Assembly (NCBI GenBank): GCA_016930515.1
Contig: JAFGGO010000051.1
Span: 1-45,950, forward strand
Direction of reading: 5' to 3'
DNA length: 45,950 nucleotides
DNA from: Promethearchaeota archaeon
GTDB lineage: Archaea; Asgardarchaeota; Lokiarchaeia; Sigyniarchaeales; SOKP01
The notes below the pieces were generated by a model that had not been told where the DNA came from, did not search any database, and saw only the letters and a program-made list of their open reading frames with translations. How positions within the stretch are numbered: the first letter of the stretch is position 1; each line of letters begins with the position of its first letter. The translations under genes and the position numbers were made by a program. Of this stretch, positions 18,850 to 27,782 are shown piece by piece.

Positions 18850-19764
18850 ATGAATTATGTCGTTGGAAATTTGGTCGAACCTGTATTTAGGCCCCCCTCG
18901 GAGTGGGATGCTTTATTAATCGCTATTACGACAGGTTGTACTCGCAAGTGCACTTTCTGTTCAATGTATCGATCAAAAAAGTTTTCTATCAGAAAAAACA
19001 CTGAAGAAATAAAAGAAGACATTAGAAAAGCCCGTGCATTCTACGGGGATCGAGTTCAAAAGATCTTCTTCGAAGATGGAAACGCATTCGTCGTTAAAAC
19101 GGATATTCTAGCAGAATTAACAAGATTCAGCTATGAAATCCATCCTAATTTGAGAAAGGTTAGCGCATACGCCCATGCAAAGGATATCGTGAGTAAATCC
19201 GACGAAGAATTGAGAATGTTGGCAGAAAGCGGGTTTACCATGGTTTATGTTGGTATCGAAAGTGGGGACGACGATGTGTTAAAAGCCTGCAAGAAAGGAA
19301 CCACCCAAGACGAGATCGCGCTCGCGGCACAAAAATGTCACAAGGCAAGAATCGCTTGGTCTGGTATTTTTCTTTTAGGGCTTGCGGGAAACGACCCTGA
19401 AAAAAGTCGAAAACACGCAATCGAATCCGCAAAACTAATCAATCAAATGGCTCCGCCCACCCCAATTAAGTGGTATGTGTCTCCTTTAACGCTACAAGTT
19501 GTACCTAATACCGAGTTATGGGAACAAATATCCACGGGAGAATTCCAACCGTGTTCTAGCGAACAAATCTTAGAAGAATTGCATACGATGATAATGTACA
19601 CTTCTAACGACTTGCACAAGTGCGTGTTTAATACGAACCACGCCTCTAATTACATGGGACTAAAGGGAGAATTAGCTAGAGATAAAGAAAAGTTCCTTAG
19701 CATAATCGAGGCGGGTATTAAAAATCCCACCTTGCGTCGACCTGATTATCTTCGGGGTTTGTAA
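18850..19764 (+). CDS. Radical SAM protein (RPPSE family, COG1032-like), function unknown
   Basis: FRPPSE, CTRKCTFC, YVGIESG, NHASNY. Confidence 0.88.
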   Translation: MNYVVGNLVEPVFRPPSEWDALLIAITTGCTRKCTFCSMYRSKKFSIRKNTEEIKEDIRKARAFYGDRVQKIFFEDGNAFVVKTDILAELTRFSYEIHPNLRKVSAYAHAKDIVSKSDEELRMLAESGFTMVYVGIESGDDDVLKACKKGTTQDEIALAAQKCHKARIAWSGIFLLGLAGNDPEKSRKHAIESAKLINQMAPPTPIKWYVSPLTLQVVPNTELWEQISTGEFQPCSSEQILEELHTMIMYTSNDLHKCVFNTNHASNYMGLKGELARDKEKFLSIIEAGIKNPTLRRPDYLRGL

Positions 19765-19966
19765 TATTTTCTATATCGGTATTTATTAACTTTAAATAAG
19801 TAAAGTATTTTTCTTATGGATCTTATTTGAATTCAAAATCTTAACTTTTTCTTCATCATTACTTATTACAACAGGAGTTACATTTAAAATTGAACTCTTA
19901 AATGAAAAAAATCTCCAAATTCAAAAAATTAAAAATTTAAAAATAAGGATGTAATTAGCTATTAAA

Positions 19967-20542
19967 TCAAGGCGTCCAAAACAGCTTGAACTGCGTGTAA
20001 TCGTCTCCCTCCCACGATTTTTTCAAGAACTCATAATTAACCTTCCTTTTTAAGCACATTTCGATTGCTCCTTGTGTCCACCCCACGTTTGAGTAATACA
20101 ACATCTCAAAATTCTTATCGTATTCCTCATTGTATGTGAGAAGTACTTCGGAATCAGAAATCCATTTTACCGTCAAAGCTCCGAAATTATAAAGCATTTG
20201 ATGAAATCGTGGATAAATTTGCATTAATTTTTTAACATCGCCTCCGAGGATGAGATTTTTATATATAGATCCCATTATTTTTTCCCCGAAATTCCTTCCC
20301 CATTTAATCATTATCTCGCGATTGTTCTTGCCAACCACCTTCATTAACGCTTTATAAATCTCGGCATAAAGTTCATATGAATACCAAACGGAATTCATAA
20401 TGCGTTGGTTCAAGAAATTTTTTGCTTCGCCCGAAAGTATTTCTTCGTATTCTTTCTGATGAATTTTATCTGATCTAACACCAATCACGACGTCTTTTAC
20501 GGCCGTTCCTTTCACTTTACGCTCCAACATTATCACTCTCAC
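19967..20542 (-). CDS. V4R/DUF2378-like paralogue 2 (probable start at MLERK, about 20530)
   Basis: Same motif set as 18014-18571. Confidence 0.75.
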   Translation of the reverse strand: MRVIMLERKVKGTAVKDVVIGVRSDKIHQKEYEEILSGEAKNFLNQRIMNSVWYSYELYAEIYKALMKVVGKNNREIMIKWGRNFGEKIMGSIYKNLILGGDVKKLMQIYPRFHQMLYNFGALTVKWISDSEVLLTYNEEYDKNFEMLYYSNVGWTQGAIEMCLKRKVNYEFLKKSWEGDDYTQFKLFWTP

Positions 20543-20976
20543 ATATATAAATTAATATTACTCCTATAATGAAAATTAAACTTTATAAATCTATAATATG
20601 ACTTAGAGTTGTTCGCTGGAGGATCATTACAAAATTCTGAAAAAATCATACGCTTTGAGATTTTGCGAATTAAATTTAAAGATAAGAATGATAAACAAAA
20701 AATTGGTAGAATTCTCCCTATCCTTTCAAGAGTCCTCACCGGAAACACAAGATTCCCGTCGAAACTTTCAACCTTTTAAACGAAAAAGTTGGGGATCGGC
20801 GCCGATTCGACCTTGGAGGTGGTTTAAAAGATACCGAGAATAATTTTCAAATTACCGAAGACATCATAGAAAGATTAAATAATTTCAGTAAGATAACAAA
20901 CTTCACCTCATTGTCAGAAATTTGTATTATGCATGTAATTTGGCTCTAACGAGTTTTTTCCTTTCATGTGATTAAC

Positions 20977-21537
20977 TCAAGGTGCCCAAAACAGCTTGAA
21001 TTGACCCTCTTTATCCCCTTGGGAGGATTTTTTCAGGATTTCGAAATGTACTTCTTTTTTTAGGCACATCTCGAATACTCGTTGCGTCCATCCTATATTA
21101 CTATTGTAAAACAACTCGAAATTTGGATCGAAGTCTTTTAAAGTATAAAGCAATTCATGATCTGAAATCCATTCAAATGAAATGGTACCAAAATTATAAA
21201 ACATTGAATGAAATCGAGGATATTTTTCCGCAAGTTTTTTCACATTTCCCTCAGCAATGATGTTTTTATAAACCGCAGACATTACATTTTCACCAAAGTC
21301 TCGTCCCCACTTAGTCACGATTTTTGGATTGTTTTTAGCAACTACCTTGATTAACGCTTTATATAACTCACAATACACATCCCACGAATACCATATGGAA
21401 TCCAATATGCGTTGATTCAAGAATTTTTTAGCTCTATCCGAAAGGATCACATCGTATTCTTTCTCGTGAGTCCTATCCGATTTAATTCCTTTCACGATAT
21501 CTTTCAATAGAGATCCTTTTATCTTACCCTCCATCAA
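20977..21537 (-). CDS. V4R/DUF2378-like paralogue 3
   Basis: Same motif set. Its 3' end tcaaggtgcccaaaacagcttgaa is identical to that of paralogue 4. Confidence 0.75.
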   Translation of the reverse strand: MMEGKIKGSLLKDIVKGIKSDRTHEKEYDVILSDRAKKFLNQRILDSIWYSWDVYCELYKALIKVVAKNNPKIVTKWGRDFGENVMSAVYKNIIAEGNVKKLAEKYPRFHSMFYNFGTISFEWISDHELLYTLKDFDPNFELFYNSNIGWTQRVFEMCLKKEVHFEILKKSSQGDKEGQFKLFWAP

Positions 21538-21641
21538 TAATACCTCAAAAAGAAAGCTTATTCAAGATAAAACTACTACAATAATAAAAATGTATTCATA
21601 TAAATTTATGTGATATGTTTTGATATACGCTCTCGGTTAAA

Positions 21642-22199
21642 TCAAGGTGCCCAAAACAGCTTGAACTGCGTTACATCGTCTCCTTCCCACGATTTTTTCA
21701 AGAACTGGTATTCAACCTTCTTTCTAATGCACATTTCTATGGCTCTCTCGGTCCAACCTACATTTGAGTAATAAATCTTGTCGAATTTCGATTCAAAGTT
21801 CTTATAGGTAAAAAGCACCTCGTTTTCTGAGATCCACTCCAACGATAAAGTACCAAAATTGAATAAGATTTTGTGAAATCGTGGGTACATTTCTAAAAGT
21901 CTTTTTACATTTCCTTCAACGATGAGGTTTTTGTAAACGGTGCCCATGACTTTTTCACCAAACTCGCGTCCCCATTTAATTACATATTCGGGATTATCCT
22001 TGGCAAAAACCTTGATTAAGGCGGCGTATAGCTCGATATAATTCTCATAGGAGTACCACACGGAATTCATGATGCGTTCGTTCAAGTACTCTTTTGCTGC
22101 GCTTGAAAGCATTTGTTCGTATATGCTTTCGTGAGGCTTGTCCGATCTAATTCCTATTACGAGATCTTTAAGGGCCGTTCCTTTTACCATACGTTCCAT
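21642..22199 (-). CDS. V4R/DUF2378-like paralogue 4
   Basis: Same motif set as the other three. Confidence 0.75.
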   Translation of the reverse strand: MERMVKGTALKDLVIGIRSDKPHESIYEQMLSSAAKEYLNERIMNSVWYSYENYIELYAALIKVFAKDNPEYVIKWGREFGEKVMGTVYKNLIVEGNVKRLLEMYPRFHKILFNFGTLSLEWISENEVLFTYKNFESKFDKIYYSNVGWTERAIEMCIRKKVEYQFLKKSWEGDDVTQFKLFWAP

Positions 22200-22555
22200 C
22201 TCTCATCTCTCAAGTTTAATTAATTAAATATCTATCGATTCACTATTAAATTTCAAGCAAATTCGTCTATAAATAATTATAGATTATTATCAATTAATCA
22301 CCTGCTTATCACGAACAAAGGATATCATCAACAGTGAAATTTCGTTTTCAAGCAAGCACATGAGATCATGGATAATTGAATGTTCTATAAAAGCTATCAC
22401 ATACGACAATGACAAATCAGAGAATTACAGAATATTGATTTTATGTAACAATTATAATTACAATCCTATATTGTATAAACAAAAAAATAAATAATGAGCC
22501 TAACCAATGCTTTCGTAGGAACTTAGGATTATTTACTTAAGAAGGTAACTCTTTC

Positions 22556-23263
22556 ATGGACTTTCAGAACGAAAAAAAAAACCTGTTCTTGTTTTTCCTC
22601 CTAACATTTACAATTTCTTGGTTTTTTTGGCTTCCAAGCGTGCTAGTATCCTTTGGTATCTTGCCTTCTGGACCAATTCAGATTTTAGGAAATTTAGCGA
22701 TTTTTGGACCTTTCTTGGCTGCTTTTTTTCTCACTAGCGTTAAAGAAGGGAAGGGCGAAGCAAAAAAGCTTTTTCTCCGTGGATGGAGCATCAAGGTCAA
22801 TAAGAAATGGGTTGCTGCATTGTTTTTACCGCTAGTAACTGCAGGGATTGCATTCTTGATCATCGAAATTATCGAACCCATGAATCGAATTCAATACATT
22901 CCGCCCGTTGCAATGTGGGTTCCGAACTTTATCTTGTATTACTTTATTGGAGGGCCTTTCACGGAAGAATATGGTTGGAGGGGTTACACTCTAGATCGAA
23001 TTCAATCCAAGTACGATGCTCTCATTTCGAGCTTGATTCTCGGTTTGATCTGGGGCGCTTGGCACCTACCGCTATTTTTTATCGCGGGAACCACGCAATC
23101 GTACATCCCACTCTACGAATTTATCCTGATACAAGGGCTTACTTCAATCTTTTACACCTGGATCGTAAATAATAATAGAGATGAAGAAGGGGACGTAAAT
23201 GTGTTTTTAGCCATCATGTTCCACGCAATAGCAAACTTTTCCACCATGATCTTTCCGTATTGA
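22556..23263 (+). CDS. CPBP (type II CAAX / Abi) intramembrane metalloprotease, last TM helix possibly lost
   Basis: EEYGWRG, WGAWHLP and HAIAN motifs are intact. Two in-frame TGA codons (23261, 23282) precede a hydrophobic stretch. Confidence 0.85.
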   Translation: MDFQNEKKNLFLFFLLTFTISWFFWLPSVLVSFGILPSGPIQILGNLAIFGPFLAAFFLTSVKEGKGEAKKLFLRGWSIKVNKKWVAALFLPLVTAGIAFLIIEIIEPMNRIQYIPPVAMWVPNFILYYFIGGPFTEEYGWRGYTLDRIQSKYDALISSLILGLIWGAWHLPLFFIAGTTQSYIPLYEFILIQGLTSIFYTWIVNNNRDEEGDVNVFLAIMFHAIANFSTMIFPY

Positions 23264-23361
23264 GTACCTGAATTGAGTAGATGATTTTTTTTTGAAATCA
23301 ATGTTATCCTCGCCGTGGTTCAGAATCTTCTTGTATCATCGTTATAGCTTTTTTACACTTC

Positions 23362-24177
23362 TTATAATCTCATGTTAATTCCGTTTTTAACGCAGTATTG
23401 CTTGCAATCCTTGATGGTTATTTCTCTGAAATGAAAGATTGAAGCAGCCAAGGCAGCAGATGCCTTGCCCTTGGTGAAAGCGTCTAAAATGTGCTGGATC
23501 GAACCTGCGCCCCCAGATGCGGTGACAGGAAGCCCTGTCGCTTCAGCAATACCTCTCGTCATTTCTATATCGTATCCTTTCTTGGTTCCGTCGTAGGTTT
23601 TTGAAGTAGGTAATATTTCCCCTACGCCGAGCTCTTTTGTTTTTTTTGCCCATTGAATAGCGTCCATTCCCGTTGATTTTCTACCTCCGTGCGTCATGAC
23701 ATCGAACCAGCAGTATTTATTTTCCACTTCGAATAAAGTTTTATCTTCCGCGTCTTTTTTATCTTCCACATATACTCTATTACCATCGATAGCACATACC
23801 AGCCTTTCAGGCCCATATTCCTTGGAAATCTTGGCTAAAAGATCGGGATTATTAACTGCTGCTGTGTTCAAGGATATTTTATCCGCTCCAGCATCGAGGA
23901 TGGCTTGAACGTCTTCCAAAGAGCCAATACCTCCACCCACCGTAAAAGGGATGGAAATTCCGTTGGCGACTTTTTTTACCAATTCCACGACGGTTTTTCT
24001 CTTTTCCACCGTGGCCGTGATATCTAAAAAAACTAGCTCGTCTGCGCCTTCTTCTTCGTAATATCTTCCGAATTCTACGGGGTCTCCCGCGTCTTTCAAA
24101 TTTACAAACTGAATCCCCTTCACGACTCTCCCTTCTTTCACATCAAGGCAGGGTATTATTTTTTTATAATTAAGCAT
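23362..24177 (-). CDS. hisF: Imidazole glycerol phosphate synthase subunit HisF
   Basis: IIPCLDV...VVKG..F, GADELVFLDITA, PFTVGGGI, GADKISLN, DGTKKGYD, ASGGAG, ALAASIFH. True start is ATG 24177 (MLNYKK). Carries an archaeal-type insertion (RVYVED...YCWF). Confidence 0.96.
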   Translation of the reverse strand: MLNYKKIIPCLDVKEGRVVKGIQFVNLKDAGDPVEFGRYYEEEGADELVFLDITATVEKRKTVVELVKKVANGISIPFTVGGGIGSLEDVQAILDAGADKISLNTAAVNNPDLLAKISKEYGPERLVCAIDGNRVYVEDKKDAEDKTLFEVENKYCWFDVMTHGGRKSTGMDAIQWAKKTKELGVGEILPTSKTYDGTKKGYDIEMTRGIAEATGLPVTASGGAGSIQHILDAFTKGKASAALAASIFHFREITIKDCKQYCVKNGINMRL

Positions 24178-24244
24178 CTTGATTTCAATTTTTATTGTTT
24201 TATAATATGTTCTATTTATTAATCGTTCTTTTTTAGATTTATGA

Positions 24245-24751
24245 CCTAAAACTGTCCTCCTTGGAGCTGTCCTATTGGGAATTTGCGCTTTTAAACACGG
24301 GTTCATATTCTGACTTTCGTTCGAAACGAATCTTGGATCGCCCCTTCTCATAAACGCTCTTACGCTTGGTATTTGTGAGGAAATCACTTTTCGAGGCGTC
24401 TTCATCACGATGCTTCTGAAAAAAAAAACCAAAAAAAACAATAATCATCAGTAACATCCTATTTTCCCTGATGCATAGCACTTGTGCCATAGGACTCGTG
24501 TATCCCTTGTTTTTTACCTCGTTATTTTTTTCTACACATTTCTACTCAGAATGAGTTTTGCGTATATGTACTTGAAAACCAAAAGTCTCCTTCCAAGCGT
24601 CATCATACACTCAGTTGGTTTGCTATTTATGACTTTCAATACAACCGATTTCGTATTGATAGAGCTGTTGCCTGTCGTATTTGTTGCCACGATTCCTTCC
24701 GCGCTCATCATCCTGTTGATACGCTTTCTCGTAAACGAAAACAAGGAATAA
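24245..24751 (+). pseudogene. Fragmented second CPBP/CAAX protease
   Basis: GICEEITFRG (EE at 24377), frameshift at the A-runs 24419-24438, then ILFSLMH (FSLMH 24462-24476), then a shift back to YLKTKSLLPSVIIH. No 5' part. Confidence 0.8.
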
Positions 24752-24918
24752 AGCCAGTATCGATAAAGCTAAATAATATGAAACAAAAACGAATGAAATT
24801 GCGATGCAATAACCCCATCTAAGAATAGTAATTTGCATACAATATTACCTTTATTCCCTTTTTTTTGTTTTATACTCCTTAACACAATCAATTCTTGAAT
24901 AATAAATTAAAATCACAT

Positions 24919-25464
24919 TTAAGAAACATAATCATGTCTTTGATATAATTCGGCGATTATGGCTTGAAACCCTTCATTAACGCCTTTTCCTGTTTTAGCA
25001 GATGTTAAATAATACGCAAGAACATTCATGTTATTGATAATGTCGTGGAGTTCGGAAAGATCAAGCTCGTCCTCCCTCACGAGATCAACTTTATTAGCAA
25101 ACACGACCACTGGAACTCCATTGCAGTATTTTTCGAGTTCTCCGTGCCACGACTTCAAGTGGAAAAGGCTTTCTTCTCCTAGGTTGTTTTCTTCCAGGCT
25201 ATATACAATAATACACGCTTTAGTTTCCTTGTAAAAAATTGGTTTTAAAAAATCGAAATCGTTTTGACCTGCGATGTCCCAAAACAAAAGTTCTATCGTG
25301 TTTCCTTCTACATTTTCTGTAAATCTCGAAAATTGGGCTCCAATCGTTTTAATATAATCTTTCTCAAAAGCACCTTTCGTAAATTTCTTAATTAAGGATG
25401 TTTTTCCGACTGCGCCATCTCCTATAACAACAATCTTGAATTTAAATATCAGGTTAGCATTCAT
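24919..25464 (-). CDS. Rab-like small GTPase
   Basis: GDGAVGKT, YIKTIG, WDIAGQ, NKVD, SAKTG. No C-terminal prenylation motif. Confidence 0.93.
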   Translation of the reverse strand: MNANLIFKFKIVVIGDGAVGKTSLIKKFTKGAFEKDYIKTIGAQFSRFTENVEGNTIELLFWDIAGQNDFDFLKPIFYKETKACIIVYSLEENNLGEESLFHLKSWHGELEKYCNGVPVVVFANKVDLVREDELDLSELHDIINNMNVLAYYLTSAKTGKGVNEGFQAIIAELYQRHDYVS

Positions 25465-25592
25465 TTGGAATCACTCCTTGTTATCGATTTGATTAATCGT
25501 AAAGCCTGACCCTAAATAGTTTTTCTCTCTTGTATAATAATTGTTTTCTCTGTTTAAATAAATGTTATATTTTTACAAAATTAGATGATTTC

Positions 25593-27554
25593 TTATTCAA
25601 CAAAAATATTCTTGATTATCGATTCAAGTTTGGGAAAGTTTTCGATGTTTATTGCTTGATTGGTCTTGTAATAATTATTAAACTCGTTTACTAACTTTTC
25701 GTCGTTCTTTAAAGAATCAAGAAAATTGTGTATTTTTTGTTGAGCGCAATAGGAATGTCCTTTGAAAATATAACAAAATAGAAAGGATAAAAACGGTTTT
25801 ACTAGTAGAGTATATTGACCAAAATTGGCTCGATCGAGCCCTTCTGAAAAAGTCTCTACGATAAATGTGTTAAATACCGATAAGAAGCTACTCACGATGT
25901 TATCCTTAATATCGAGTGTATCTGAAAATATTTTTGAGAACGCAGGAACTCCACCTTCCGAAACGATTAAAATCATAAGAGGAATATCCTTGATTATCTT
26001 GGGGGGATCAACCCTTCGTTTTTGGATCAATCGCTTCATTTGTTCATCTAATTGTGTTAACTCAATTCGCTTTTGAAGAGTCGATTGTTGATCCGATTCC
26101 ATTTTGGATTCTTTTAACTGTTCCCAAATATTTAATTTTTGGAGCAACTCGTCGTGTTCGCTTGAAATTTTTACTGCTAACCGTTTCATTCCGTGTTTTT
26201 CGGCTAATTCTTGTGCCTTGGTTAAATAAAGTCTTGCGTCAATTAAATTAAATGTTAATAAAGCGAGTTTGGCCTGTAGAACATGGGTTTCGGCCAAATA
26301 CCAATAGGATCGAAGTTTTGTTGTAGTTTCAAGTAAATCTTTTATGAAGACTTGTATCTCATCGATTATTTCAAGGTCTCTTGTCAGGCGCAATTCGTCT
26401 ATCAAAAGTTCGGCTTGATTTAATAACGCAATGATGGTGTGCTCGTTTGTTGTAGTTTTAACCTGTAATACCTTATTTAAGATTTCTCTAGCATTTACGC
26501 GATCGTGGATTCGAGAGCTTGTTTTTAATACTAACGCCATGGATATCATATAAGACTGTTCAACTTGCTTGTTATCAGGATCTTCCTTGTTAATATTTTC
26601 CAACAACTCCAAATGCTTTTTAGCCCGGTCGATCTCCCCCTTCACGACTAATACTTCGATTAAATTAGATATTGCTTCGCTTAATGCCCAATTATTCTTT
26701 GTTTGCATTGCAACTTTTAAACCACGCTCTAAATATTTCAAGCATAAATCCAAATCCCCCATTTCCCTGTAAATATTTCCCATTTCGCTTATAGTGGTAA
26801 TGGCTGGAAATATATTTCCCTGATTTTCAAAATATGCTAATGCACATTTATAACATTCCAGTGCTTTTTCCAGGTTTCCTTTCATATAATAAATAACTGC
26901 AAAATTTTTAGGATTAAAGGAATAAGCCCAAGGGTGTTTATTTTCAAGTGCTGATGATTGACATTGCTCAAGTACCGATAATGCCTTGTCAAGATCCTTT
27001 TGAAAATAAGTAAGATAACCGCTCATCAAGCTTAGAGATTCAACAATTTCGTGGGATATTCCCAGTTTTTGACGAATTTCAAGGCTTTTTTCTACACACT
27101 TTTGTCCTTCCTCTACATTAGCAAGAAACCAATGTGCTGTTGCTTTAACAAATAAAAGACTCGCTTCCCTCCTTTTTAAAGCCTGTTCTGCAAGTTGCGT
27201 GAGAGTTTTTAAAAGTTCTTCGCTTTTCGAAATTAGTTCCAAGCCTTTTTGAAAATCACCTAGCCAAAACAAGCCCCACGCCATATTTAAAAGAGCATCA
27301 AAGGAATAGTGGGGCATTTTTAACCTTTCGCTTGCTTGATAAGCCAGTTCAGCGTGTTTAAAACACTCCAGGTCCTTTCTTAACCTGAAATAAATGTCGC
27401 TTTTTAGAAGATCTGCTTTAAGCCTGTCTAAATATGTAACATTGCTTTTCACATTAATAGAATCCAATGCTGAAAGAGCACCTTCGAATTCACCTCTTTC
27501 AAATGACTGATGTGCTTTTTCTATCTCAGTTGGAAGGTTCTTTTTTATATTCAT
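25593..27554 (-). CDS. TPR-repeat protein with a C-terminal longin-like domain
   Basis: TPR helices (IYYMKGNLEKALECY, MGNIYREMGDLD). C-terminal ILIVSEGGVPAFSK...SSFLSVFNTF...LFCYIFKG. Confidence 0.8.
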   Translation of the reverse strand: MNIKKNLPTEIEKAHQSFERGEFEGALSALDSINVKSNVTYLDRLKADLLKSDIYFRLRKDLECFKHAELAYQASERLKMPHYSFDALLNMAWGLFWLGDFQKGLELISKSEELLKTLTQLAEQALKRREASLLFVKATAHWFLANVEEGQKCVEKSLEIRQKLGISHEIVESLSLMSGYLTYFQKDLDKALSVLEQCQSSALENKHPWAYSFNPKNFAVIYYMKGNLEKALECYKCALAYFENQGNIFPAITTISEMGNIYREMGDLDLCLKYLERGLKVAMQTKNNWALSEAISNLIEVLVVKGEIDRAKKHLELLENINKEDPDNKQVEQSYMISMALVLKTSSRIHDRVNAREILNKVLQVKTTTNEHTIIALLNQAELLIDELRLTRDLEIIDEIQVFIKDLLETTTKLRSYWYLAETHVLQAKLALLTFNLIDARLYLTKAQELAEKHGMKRLAVKISSEHDELLQKLNIWEQLKESKMESDQQSTLQKRIELTQLDEQMKRLIQKRRVDPPKIIKDIPLMILIVSEGGVPAFSKIFSDTLDIKDNIVSSFLSVFNTFIVETFSEGLDRANFGQYTLLVKPFLSFLFCYIFKGHSYCAQQKIHNFLDSLKNDEKLVNEFNNYYKTNQAINIENFPKLESIIKNIFVE

Positions 27555-27782
27555 AGAAATGATTTTTTTAAATCCCTTAGAATTAATTTACTTATTTTAC
27601 TAAAAAGTATATCGTTAGTAAAATACTAACAATAATAAAACTTTTCATCATCATTTCAAGCGTTTTTAAACATAAAAATCAATGTTTTAGACTTGAGAGT
27701 AACAAAACGATAAAAAAAAATAGGATTTGCCATATTGTTTTTATTCCTAAAAGTAAAAGTAAAAAAAAAGTATTAGATCTTG

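Noticed and set aside
20590-20950. Possible gene remnant between paralogues 2 and 3 (open stretch ...IPVETFNLLNEKVGDRRRFDLGGGLKD...)
   Set aside because: No start codon and no recognisable family, so it cannot be supported without a search.
24178-24441. 88-aa N-terminal extension of HisF in the ORF track
   Set aside because: It is the antisense of the CPBP pseudogene plus intergenic DNA. HisF homology starts at MLNYKKIIPCLD.
13782-24751. One large RiPP cluster joining the SPT-like gene, both rSAMs, the GNAT and the CPBP proteases
   Set aside because: Mixed orientations, long AT-rich gaps and intervening hisF. Only the 16305-17267 / 15192-16229 pairing is tightly linked.
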